NCBI GenBank assembly: GCA_965229445.1
Contig: OZ245876.1
Location: forward strand, 2,128,099-2,192,098
Reading direction: 5' to 3'
Source of the DNA: Owenweeksia sp.
Lineage (GTDB): Bacteria; Bacteroidota; Bacteroidia; Flavobacteriales; Schleiferiaceae
DNA: 64,000 nt
In this document: in pieces, positions 55,916-64,000 of the stretch
Numbering within the stretch: the first letter of the stretch is position 1
Layout: every line of letters starts with the position of its first letter
Made by a program: the position numbers and the translations under genes
Notes under the pieces: model-generated
What the model was told of the DNA's origin: nothing
The model's input: only the letters and a program-made list of their open reading frames with translations
Databases searched by the model: none

Positions 55916-58027
55916 TCAATCGGGATATTGAACCCTTACGTGATAGATATTGGCCAGCATCTTTTTAAAAATCTTTTTGGTGAGCTTGATATCTTTCATG
56001 GTAATATTGGCATTCTCAAATTGACCGGCATCCATTTGATGATTGATGATAGATTCCACCAGAGAATCAATGGTATCATGCGTAGGTTTATTTAAACTTC
56101 TACTGGCCGCTTCTACGGAATCTGCCATCATCAATACAGCGGTTTCCTTGCTAAAGGGTTTTGGCCCCGGATAAGTGAATTTGTTTAAGTCTACCTCTTC
56201 CTCAGGGAAGTTCTTGATATACTGTTTGTAGAAATACATCACCGTAGTGGTTCCGTGATGGGTGCGGATAAAATCAATTAACACATCCGGTAAATTGTAC
56301 TTCTTAGCCATCTTGATTCCTTCCAGCACGTGATTGATTATAATTTCCGAACTCTCTTCAAAAGAAAGTTCATCGTGAGGGTTTAATCCAGTACTCTGAT
56401 TTTCAATGAAATACATGGGATTTCGGATTTTACCGATATCGTGATAGAGCGCCCCTGTACGCACCAGCAAAGCATTGCCGCCAATTTCAAGGGTCGCCGC
56501 CTCTGCCAGGTTTGCCACTTGCAATGAATGCTGAAAAGTGCCAGGTGCTTTCTGACCAAGCTCCCGCAACAAAGGATTGTTGGTATCACTGAGTTCCAAT
56601 AGAGAAACATCCGACACCAAACCAAAGATCTTTTCCTGAAAATAGATTAAGGGAAAGGACATCAGGGTCAAAAATCCATTACCCGCAAAGAAGGCAAAAT
56701 TCATATAGTGGATATCGCGCCAGTTACCTTCCTGAATGATCGCCACACTCAAATAGGAAATGCAGTAAACCAATATAATCTGACCGGCCGTAAAGAATAG
56801 CTGACTTCTCTTATAAAGATTGCTCACCAGAAACACGGAAAACACTCCTGCCACAAACTGTAAATAGATAAACACAAAACTGTTGGGAACCAGAAATCCA
56901 CATAGAAGTATGCTGATCATATGTACAAACAGAGCCAGCCTCGTGTCAAAAAATGAACGCAGGGTGATCGGCAAGATAGGTAAAGGTACCAGCCAGATAT
57001 ACTGAAGGCCGAAGTCCATTACCATTCTTACCATCACAAACATGAAGAGCATATTGATGAGGATAAAACTGAGTTTGGATATATCTTCTAACAAATGGAG
57101 TCTGAACTGCTTCAGAAATAAGTACAGTATGAGGTATAAAAGTGCTACCTGCAATATCTGACCCAACAGTATGGATAACAAGCTTTGCCCTTGGTCTCCC
57201 CCCTCATAAGTTTCTCGAAGCGACCTCAGTTTGGCAAATTTCTCATCATCTACAATATTTCCCTTAAAAATGATCAACTCTCCTTTTTGCACCATATTTC
57301 GTGTGGGGAGAATATTGTCCAATTGATCAGCGAGGAATTTGTCGGTTAAGCTTTTATCGTAGTAGATGTTATGGGTCAATTGGCTCAGCAGTATCGGTAG
57401 TAGAAAGGAACGGGCACCTTCGATCTCAAGTTCCTGTGTGCGTTGATGAAGTTGTTCCGATGCCGATTTAATAGAATAAAACTGACTGATTTCCACTACC
57501 GAAGAAACTCCTTGTTCATTTAAGAGAATTTCTCCATAACTACTTTCTTCATCCTCAAAAGGTTCCAAAACGCCCTGCCTGAAAACTGCACCCAAGAGGT
57601 CTCTGCCGGCATAGAGAATTTGCTCCTTTACCGCTTCATCTTTTCGCCAGGATTCCCGATAAAATGCCTGTAAAGAATCCTCATCGCTTCGGTTCCGACT
57701 AAAAATTTCACGCCACTTCTCTTGAAAGGACTGCTCATAGCTCACGAGGGCATTCTCTGCCGCTTGTATATCGCGACTTAAAAAAATGGTTTTGTTGTTA
57801 ATGATTCCCTCCTTCTCCTCAGCGATAGCTTCCTCAGACTTCAATACGGCAAAATCAAAAGGGGCTACCAGGTTCTCATAAAGCCAGGGTTTTCCTTTTT
57901 GAAATTCGTATTTAAACTTTATCTCTCTGGGACTGAGATACACCACGGCAGTTATTGAGATGAGAAACAAGACAATGCCTGCAATGGCCGTTTGGTGGTT
58001 TTGAAAAAAGAGTAGAAGCTTCTTCAT
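55916..58027 (-). CDS. 7TM-HD (PgpH/YqfF-like) membrane phosphohydrolase
   Basis: N-terminal extracellular domain, 7-TM block, and a C-terminal HD domain (HSLQVANLAE...GALYHDIGK...IRTHHGTT). Confidence 0.85.
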   Translation of the reverse strand: MKKLLLFFQNHQTAIAGIVLFLISITAVVYLSPREIKFKYEFQKGKPWLYENLVAPFDFAVLKSEEAIAEEKEGIINNKTIFLSRDIQAAENALVSYEQSFQEKWREIFSRNRSDEDSLQAFYRESWRKDEAVKEQILYAGRDLLGAVFRQGVLEPFEDEESSYGEILLNEQGVSSVVEISQFYSIKSASEQLHQRTQELEIEGARSFLLPILLSQLTHNIYYDKSLTDKFLADQLDNILPTRNMVQKGELIIFKGNIVDDEKFAKLRSLRETYEGGDQGQSLLSILLGQILQVALLYLILYLFLKQFRLHLLEDISKLSFILINMLFMFVMVRMVMDFGLQYIWLVPLPILPITLRSFFDTRLALFVHMISILLCGFLVPNSFVFIYLQFVAGVFSVFLVSNLYKRSQLFFTAGQIILVYCISYLSVAIIQEGNWRDIHYMNFAFFAGNGFLTLMSFPLIYFQEKIFGLVSDVSLLELSDTNNPLLRELGQKAPGTFQHSLQVANLAEAATLEIGGNALLVRTGALYHDIGKIRNPMYFIENQSTGLNPHDELSFEESSEIIINHVLEGIKMAKKYNLPDVLIDFIRTHHGTTTVMYFYKQYIKNFPEEEVDLNKFTYPGPKPFSKETAVLMMADSVEAASRSLNKPTHDTIDSLVESIINHQMDAGQFENANITMKDIKLTKKIFKKMLANIYHVRVQYPD

Positions 58028-58150
58028 ACGCTGCTAAAGTAGCTATTACGGTCAATCAGAGCTATAATATGCACACATGAACTGATAGGAATTCAACAAA
58101 ATTCCGGTGCAAATCGTACTTTCGCGGTAAATTTTGAAAGTCCGAAAAGC

Positions 58151-59326
58151 ATGAAAGAGGTTGTTATCGTTGGAGCAAAAAGAACTCCCATAGGTAGTTT
58201 TGGAGGAAGCCTGGCTGGTATTCCGGCACCTAAATTAGGTGCGGCAGCAATAAAAGCGGCCATGGAAGAAGCTGGGGTCAACTCAGATATGATCGATGAA
58301 GTCCTGATGGGTAACGTTCTGCAGGCCGGTACGGGTCAGGCACCGGCACGTCAAGCGGCCATAGCCGCCGGTATTTCCAACACAGTTCCTTGTACTACGG
58401 TGAACAAAGTTTGTTCTAGCGGCATGAAAGCGATTATGCAAGGTGCGCAGGCCATTATGCTGGGTGATGCAGATGTTGTTGTAGCGGGAGGCATGGAAAA
58501 CATGAGTAGCGTACCCCATTATCTCTATGGCAGAAATGCTGTTAAACTAGGTGATATTAAATCTCAAGACGGCCTCTTAAAGGACGGATTGATGGATGTG
58601 TACAACGGTGTTCATATGGGGAATTGTGCGGAGATATGTGCCAGCGACATGAATTTCTCCCGGGAAGAACAGGATGCCTACGCCATAAATAGCTACAAGC
58701 GAGCGGCTGCCTCATGGGCAGATGGAAAGTTTAATGAAGAAGTTACACCCGTAAGCGTGCCTCAAAGAAAAGGGGATCCGATAGTCGTATCTGAAGATGA
58801 GGATTATACCAAGGTGAATTTTGATAAGATTCCTCAATTGCGTCCGGTATTTGACAAGGAAGGATCGGTTACCGCCGCAAACGCTTCAAATATTAATGAC
58901 GGAGCAGCGGCAGTAGTACTGATGAGTAAGGAAAAGGCTGAAGAATTGGGAATTACTCCGCTGGCCAGAATAGCAGGATATGCAGATGCCGCCCAGTCAT
59001 CCGAATGGTTTACCACCTCCCCTGCCCTTGCCGTGCCCAAAGCCATTGCCAAGGCCGGATTAAGCGCTGATGACATTAGCTACTACGAACTTAACGAGGC
59101 ATTTTCAGTTGTAGGCTTAGCCAATATGAAATTGCTCAATATAGATGATAGCATAACCAATGTTAATGGAGGAGCTGTATCTATTGGCCACCCGCTGGGA
59201 GCCTCTGGCGCTAGAATAATGATTACCCTTCTGAATGTGCTAAAGCAAAATGGAGCCAGATATGGCGCTGCAGGTATTTGCAATGGTGGTGGAGGTGCTT
59301 CTGCTATGGTAATTGAAGCCCTCTGA
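58151..59326 (+). CDS. Acetyl-CoA C-acetyltransferase (thiolase II)
   Basis: VNKVCSSGMKA active-site Cys, NVNGGAVSIGHPLGASGAR, and C-terminal GICNGGGGASAMVIE. Confidence 0.93.
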   Translation: MKEVVIVGAKRTPIGSFGGSLAGIPAPKLGAAAIKAAMEEAGVNSDMIDEVLMGNVLQAGTGQAPARQAAIAAGISNTVPCTTVNKVCSSGMKAIMQGAQAIMLGDADVVVAGGMENMSSVPHYLYGRNAVKLGDIKSQDGLLKDGLMDVYNGVHMGNCAEICASDMNFSREEQDAYAINSYKRAAASWADGKFNEEVTPVSVPQRKGDPIVVSEDEDYTKVNFDKIPQLRPVFDKEGSVTAANASNINDGAAAVVLMSKEKAEELGITPLARIAGYADAAQSSEWFTTSPALAVPKAIAKAGLSADDISYYELNEAFSVVGLANMKLLNIDDSITNVNGGAVSIGHPLGASGARIMITLLNVLKQNGARYGAAGICNGGGGASAMVIEAL

Positions 59327-59335
59327 TTTAGAAGT

Positions 59336-60112
59336 ATGGCTAAAGGCCGTTGCATATTAAGTCTGGTACCCATGCGTCGCGATCCCAGCGATCAATCAGA
59401 AATGGTCAATCAGATTCTCTTTGGAGAGTCCTATGATATTCTTTCTGAAAACGATAAGTGGTCGGAGGTTCGGTTGCATCATGATAATTATACCGGCTGG
59501 ATTGACAACAAGCAGGTTTTTAAGATAGACGAGCAGACTTTTACCCAGGATGCACCGGAAAAAGTGGCCGTCTCGTCTGATATAATAGAGCTGGTTACCA
59601 ACGAAACTTTTCAAGACTATTTCCCTGTTCTATTGGGTTCATACTTACCGGGAATAAATAGTGATGGCATTTTTGAAATGGGTGATTTCCAGCTCAAATA
59701 CAAAGGGGGCATTAGTCAAGGACTCAGTGCCCGGGATAAGATGATTAGTCAATCCTATCAGTTATTGAATGCGCCGTACCTCTGGGGCGGACGCTCCCCT
59801 TTTGGTATCGATTGTTCAGGATTTACGCAAATTGTATATCGCCTGGGTGGAAGGAATATACCGCGGGATGCCTGGCAACAGGCTGAGCTGGGTCAGGGAT
59901 TGAGTTTTATTGAAGAAAGTGAGCCTGGAGATTTGGCATTCTTTGATAACGAAGATGGTAAAATTACGCATGTGGGAATTATCCTTAAAGAGAATTACAT
60001 CATTCATGCTAGTGGAAAAGTCAGGCTGGATCGTCTCGATCAAATGGGAATATTTAACGAAGAGCTTGGAAATCACACTCATAAATTGCGCGTGATCAAA
60101 AGAATTATTTAA
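59336..60112 (+). CDS. SH3-like + NlpC/P60 (C40) cell-wall peptidase
   Basis: GIDCSGFTQIVYR catalytic Cys motif and ITHVGI His motif, with an N-terminal SH3b-like region. Confidence 0.85.
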   Translation: MAKGRCILSLVPMRRDPSDQSEMVNQILFGESYDILSENDKWSEVRLHHDNYTGWIDNKQVFKIDEQTFTQDAPEKVAVSSDIIELVTNETFQDYFPVLLGSYLPGINSDGIFEMGDFQLKYKGGISQGLSARDKMISQSYQLLNAPYLWGGRSPFGIDCSGFTQIVYRLGGRNIPRDAWQQAELGQGLSFIEESEPGDLAFFDNEDGKITHVGIILKENYIIHASGKVRLDRLDQMGIFNEELGNHTHKLRVIKRII

Positions 60113-60196
60113 TCTCTCCTTTTAATAACTTTAATCATTCATACCGCTGAATCTTAGTAGGGTGCATTATATTTATGTCTATTATATTCGCTGAAG

Positions 60197-60625
60197 ATGA
60201 AGGTTACAGATATTTTGGGAATTGATGATCAGGAGGGAGTGAGTATTCCCTTTTATGATGTAAGCGTGGCCGCAGGTGCCCCTGCCTATATTCCTACCTA
60301 CTTTGAATCTACTATCAATGTGGGAAAGGAGCTCATCAATAATCCCAAAACTACTTTCTGTGTAAGGGTAAATGGTCAATCAATGATTGATGCTGGCATT
60401 GATGATGGCGATTTACTGATCGTGGACAAATCCCTGGAACCTGAAAACAAAAACATTATACTGGCCGTAATTAATGGAGAATATACGGTAAAACGCCTGT
60501 ATAAAAATGGTGAGGATCTTTTCCTTCAGCCGGAAAACAAGCACCACAATCCTATTAAGATAACCCCTTACATGGATTTCCGAATCTGGGGAGTGGTGAC
60601 AGGTTTAATTAAGAAGCTTCTCTAG
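60197..60625 (+). CDS. umuD: S24 LexA/UmuD-like autopeptidase without HTH (UmuD-like)
   Basis: 142 aa. Cleavage-site-like AAGAP, catalytic VNGQSM Ser and YTVKRL Lys. No DNA-binding domain. Confidence 0.65.
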   Translation: MKVTDILGIDDQEGVSIPFYDVSVAAGAPAYIPTYFESTINVGKELINNPKTTFCVRVNGQSMIDAGIDDGDLLIVDKSLEPENKNIILAVINGEYTVKRLYKNGEDLFLQPENKHHNPIKITPYMDFRIWGVVTGLIKKLL

Positions 60626-60766
60626 GCAGGTTCTCAACCCACTTATAATCACCTTTCCATCGTTGGTGGCACGTCCAAATTGAGCTCAGATATAGTATAA
60701 AAAATGAGCTTATCCCATCAATAAACTTGATGCAATAAGCTCATATAAAATACTTAGCAAAAGATC

Positions 60767-60982
60767 TTAGCGTGGCCCGAAACGCATATTCGGAGCGCTG
60801 TGGACAGCCTCCGAGGACTCAGATCCAGCCTCAATCTGACTGATGGCTTCATCTTGATCCAACTGAGTTTCTAGCTTAGCTTCATCCAAAGATGGCTTTT
60901 CATTCTGACAAGACATCACCGATATCATAACAAACATAAATGATGCTGCAATAAATAAAAGTGGAATTCTTAGATTTTTCAT
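60767..60982 (-). CDS. Small acidic lipoprotein
   Basis: Signal peptide with lipobox (VMSC), followed by a ~45-aa E/D/S/Q-rich tail. Confidence 0.45.
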   Translation of the reverse strand: MKNLRIPLLFIAASFMFVMISVMSCQNEKPSLDEAKLETQLDQDEAISQIEAGSESSEAVHSAPNMRFGPR

Positions 60983-61221
60983 AATAGAGTAGGGTTAGCG
61001 AATACAATATCAGATAATTCTTAATGGTGGCGAAGCCCAAGGCTAAAATGCCAGGCTTTTATGGCTGATTCCAATCTGATTCAGTGAAAAATAATGCAAT
61101 CTAAAGACTTGACTTACTGATATATATGAATTCAGGCTTGTGATAGCCCCGTAAGGAGCCAAGAATGACCATGGATTTCAAAAATTCCTCTAAAGACAAC
61201 TCAGGCGATCGATCTCGTATC

Positions 61222-61854
61222 TTATAAGGATATGGTATCCAGGTGGGTCACTATTCCCGTACTGACATTTACTTGTTGAATGGTACTATCCTTAAAGTTG
61301 CTATTTCCTTCAATCTTCACCGTATAGCTACCCGGATCAAGCCCAACCATCAAAAAATATCCTGAATTAATATCTGCACTGGTATAAACTGTGTCGGTAC
61401 CAGAGGCATTGTAAGAGTATATCTGTTTGGAAGACATGGGCGGATTCACATAGCCATCAATTGATCCTGTGCTGTTCTTGGTGAAAACTCGAATCACCGG
61501 CTGTAAGTTATATCCCCCATTGCCCTTTTTTACGATCGATTTATCGGCATCAAAATCCAACCAAAACTCATAGCGCAAACCTGGTTCAAGCTTGTAGTTC
61601 ACCTGTAACTTTAGACCCGATTGTTGAGCCGAAGGTGTTTTTAGCGTCTCCTTTTTGCCGGCAACAACCACATAATTATCCGGACCCAGGATCAACCTGA
61701 TTTGCGTTAATTGACCGGAAGGTATTGAATCCCACGCCAGTAGAGTATCTATGCCATTTTGTAAGAGCAACAGATCATATCTACCCGGGCTAATGCTATC
61801 CAGTACGATCCAGCCCGAAACAGTATCATTCAGATCATCATCGACAATCTTCAC
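61222..61854 (-). CDS. DUF4382-like protein (no signal peptide in this ORF)
   Basis: YDLLLLQNG...QIRLILG...LKTPSAQQSGLKLQVN pattern as in DUF4382, plus a C-terminal carboxypeptidase-regulatory-like beta-sandwich (GYF.M.GL.PG.Y.V). GTG start overlaps the upstream stop (GTGA). Confidence 0.55.
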   Translation of the reverse strand: MKIVDDDLNDTVSGWIVLDSISPGRYDLLLLQNGIDTLLAWDSIPSGQLTQIRLILGPDNYVVVAGKKETLKTPSAQQSGLKLQVNYKLEPGLRYEFWLDFDADKSIVKKGNGGYNLQPVIRVFTKNSTGSIDGYVNPPMSSKQIYSYNASGTDTVYTSADINSGYFLMVGLDPGSYTVKIEGNSNFKDSTIQQVNVSTGIVTHLDTISL

Positions 61855-62669
61855 TCCTCCCCTTCAAGAATCTTGAACAGTTCTTCCAATTTTGGTGTAA
61901 GCACTATCTCGGTTCTCCGATTCTTAGCCCTTCCTTCAGCGGTGCTGTTTGATTCAATCGGTTCATACTTACTGCGTCCGCTGGCTGTAAGCCTATCCCC
62001 TGGAATACTTTGCTCATCAATTAATAGCCGCGTAATGGTTTTTGCTCTTGCCGTACTCAAATCCCAGTTATCGCGATATGTGCTGGTGTTAATGGGAATA
62101 GAATCGGTGTGACCTACGACGGCAATATTGATGTCTGGATGAGCAATAAGCACTTCACCTAATTTGCCAATAGCTTCGGTACCTCCCTTATTTAATCTGG
62201 CACTGCCACTTGGAAAAAGCAATTTATCGCTAAATGAAATATAGACTAAACCATTCCTCACCTCCACATCTAAATCTTCATCTGCAAAACCCACCAAAGC
62301 TTCTTCAATAGACTTGCGCAGTTCATTTACAATGGCCTGTTGTTGTTCCAAACGAGCTTCCAAGGCCTGAAGTCTTTCCGCTCTCTCCTGGAGCATCATA
62401 TCCTTGTCGCTCAGTTCTTCCCCTTGCGCCTCAAGTTGCGCCGCCAATGTGGCAATTCTAAGATCGGTCTGATTGACAAACTCTTCATGCTCTGCTTTGT
62501 CACGAGCCCTCATTTCTTTCAATTCCATTATTTCACGGGCAAACTGTGCACTATCTCTGCGCAAATGATTCACGCGAACTTCAGAGGCGGTATACTTTTT
62601 CTTGGATACGCAAGAACCTAGGGTCATGAACAAAATTGCCGGTATAAACAATAATCTGAATGCCTTCAT
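61851..62669 (-). CDS. OmpA-family lipoprotein with coiled-coil linker
   Basis: Lipobox LGSC, a long E/Q/R-rich helix, and an OmpA-like C-domain (VVGHTDSIPI...NWDLSTARA...NRRTEIVLTP). Confidence 0.85.
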   Translation of the reverse strand: MKAFRLLFIPAILFMTLGSCVSKKKYTASEVRVNHLRRDSAQFAREIMELKEMRARDKAEHEEFVNQTDLRIATLAAQLEAQGEELSDKDMMLQERAERLQALEARLEQQQAIVNELRKSIEEALVGFADEDLDVEVRNGLVYISFSDKLLFPSGSARLNKGGTEAIGKLGEVLIAHPDINIAVVGHTDSIPINTSTYRDNWDLSTARAKTITRLLIDEQSIPGDRLTASGRSKYEPIESNSTAEGRAKNRRTEIVLTPKLEELFKILEGEE

Positions 62670-62863
62670 TGCTAAATCTTTTAATTGGATCCTGAAAGAT
62701 ACACAGAGTGAGTAAACTGCTATATTTTACCTAACTAAAATATTCGTCGCCCAATTTCTCCCAGACAATGCCACCGTATCGATACGATTTCCTCGCTTAT
62801 ATTCATAGATTTGAATTCTTTCAACTTCTGTAATTTGATCCTTCAAACACTCACGGTATAAAT

Positions 62864-64000
62864 ATGCCCGCATTCCACCCCGGTTTGAATAAGATTCTAC
62901 TGCTTTTCTCTCTCCTTATTTGGGTTGCCCAGCCTATTTATGCTCAGGATGATAATGCCATCTCCGATGAATCTGAAGAAGCGCTTGAGATAATCGCGAT
63001 CTCTGACATTCCCGCGCAGTCTGCGGAGGTTTTGAAAACCATCAATTCAAAATACAAACCGGCCGTTGAAGACAGTGTTATTCAAGATATTGCTCCGGTA
63101 ACCGATACACTAAGACTTGGGATGAACGAGGTGATCGCTCTCACCCAATATGCCATTGATCAGAAGTTCCCAGCCGACATTAGTGAAAGCTTTATATCAA
63201 AGTGGGATGACCTCATCAGAAAAATAGACGGTCCCATTGATGAGATCTCTACATATACCAAAAGACTAGAGGAAATTCACGACGAAATCAACAAAACCCG
63301 TGAGTTATGGAACCTCACTGCCATGGAGTTTGAATCTGATGAGCAGGCTAGTCTGGAAGCAAGCAATAGAGTGCGATTTGTTTTGGATGAACTATCTAAG
63401 ATTGAGCGAGAGGTAAATGATAGACTTAACCTGGCACTCGATCAGCAAAACCGGCTTATAGATTTAAAGTTGGAAGCAACTGATCGCATGAAGTCGCAAA
63501 AATCATTTTTGCAAAAAGAGCTGGGAACCCTCTTGTCGGAACAATCCGAATACCTCTGGCAAATGCAAAAAGATTCTGCCAGTGCCGATAGAAAAAAGGA
63601 GGGCAGTGAGTTCTATTATGCCTATAATCGCTCCGAAGCCAAACGCTACCTTCATGAGAATCCACTGAAATTCATATACATCGCCGCCATTCTTATGGGC
63701 TTTTTGCTACTGCTTTACCTCATGAAAGCAAAACTTGAGGAGTTTGATCGGTTTGAACCCTCCATTGCCGATATAGGAAGGGGAATTTTTAAACGGCCAA
63801 TATTTGCAGCCTTATTTCTGGCGTCTATCAGTTCCATTCCCATCCTAATGGGTAGCCCCACTTTCGTAGGCCTATCACTAGTATTCGTAATTGTTGTCTC
63901 CTTCATTTTTCTGATTCCGGTCACTATTCACAAAAACTTCAGAGTAGCGGTTTATGCATTTACGCTAATCTACATCTTGTTTCTCTTTCAGGACTTAATT
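62864..64000 (+). CDS. Mechanosensitive-channel-like protein (large MscK/MscS-type N-terminal region; partial)
   Basis: Not in the track because it is open to the window end (379 codons). My translation reads MPAFHPGLNKILLLFSLLIWVAQPIYAQDDN..., then a long coiled-coil periplasmic-like region, then TM helices (FIYIAAILMGFLLLLY, IFAALFLASISSIPILMG...). The family call is tentative without the C-terminal pore domain. Confidence 0.5.
   Translation, partial: MPAFHPGLNKILLLFSLLIWVAQPIYAQDDNAISDESEEALEIIAISDIPAQSAEVLKTINSKYKPAVEDSVIQDIAPVTDTLRLGMNEVIALTQYAIDQKFPADISESFISKWDDLIRKIDGPIDEISTYTKRLEEIHDEINKTRELWNLTAMEFESDEQASLEASNRVRFVLDELSKIEREVNDRLNLALDQQNRLIDLKLEATDRMKSQKSFLQKELGTLLSEQSEYLWQMQKDSASADRKKEGSEFYYAYNRSEAKRYLHENPLKFIYIAAILMGFLLLLYLMKAKLEEFDRFEPSIADIGRGIFKRPIFAALFLASISSIPILMGSPTFVGLSLVFVIVVSFIFLIPVTIHKNFRVAVYAFTLIYILFLFQDLI

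Overview
This 64-kb window looks like a chromosomal segment from a Bacteroidota genome. Three things point that way: T9SS C-terminal sorting domains, TAnnTTTG-type -7 promoter boxes, and almost no Shine-Dalgarno sites.

The housekeeping genes are clear. They include gap, the glyoxylate shunt genes aceB-aceA with a divergent RamB/PrpR-like regulator, a thiolase, a GMC dehydrogenase module, a SulP transporter, a class III cyclase, a PgpH-like 7TM-HD protein, tRNA-Pro(TGG) and tRNA-Ser(GCT).

Several accessory regions are less ordinary:
- 29.7-37.5 kb: a tightly translationally coupled six-gene operon. It encodes a coiled-coil protein, two unknowns, a divergent classical AAA+ ATPase and two membrane proteins. 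I cannot assign it to any known pathway, and it is my best candidate for an undescribed system.
- 43.2-55.8 kb: a surface-fibre and sulfation locus. It holds a 1120-aa protein with about 28 acidic Tyr-containing 'phage tail repeat-like' motifs, a 1440-aa beta-helix/ThuA-like protein, three sulfotransferases, a GT14 glycosyltransferase and a flippase.
- 17.7-19.7 kb: a eukaryote-like cysteine dioxygenase paired with a cysteine-sulfinate-decarboxylase-like enzyme, which would give hypotaurine/taurine.
- Structured non-coding repeats: a 190-bp direct repeat pair at 4.76/5.23 kb, a tandem ~140-nt hairpin-rich unit with its own terminators next to tRNA-Ser, and a terminator-bounded ~300-nt segment after tRNA-Pro.

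Every call rests on reading motifs in the supplied translations and on hand inspection of the DNA. No database search or folding program was run, so family names are recollection-based and need HMM or structure confirmation.
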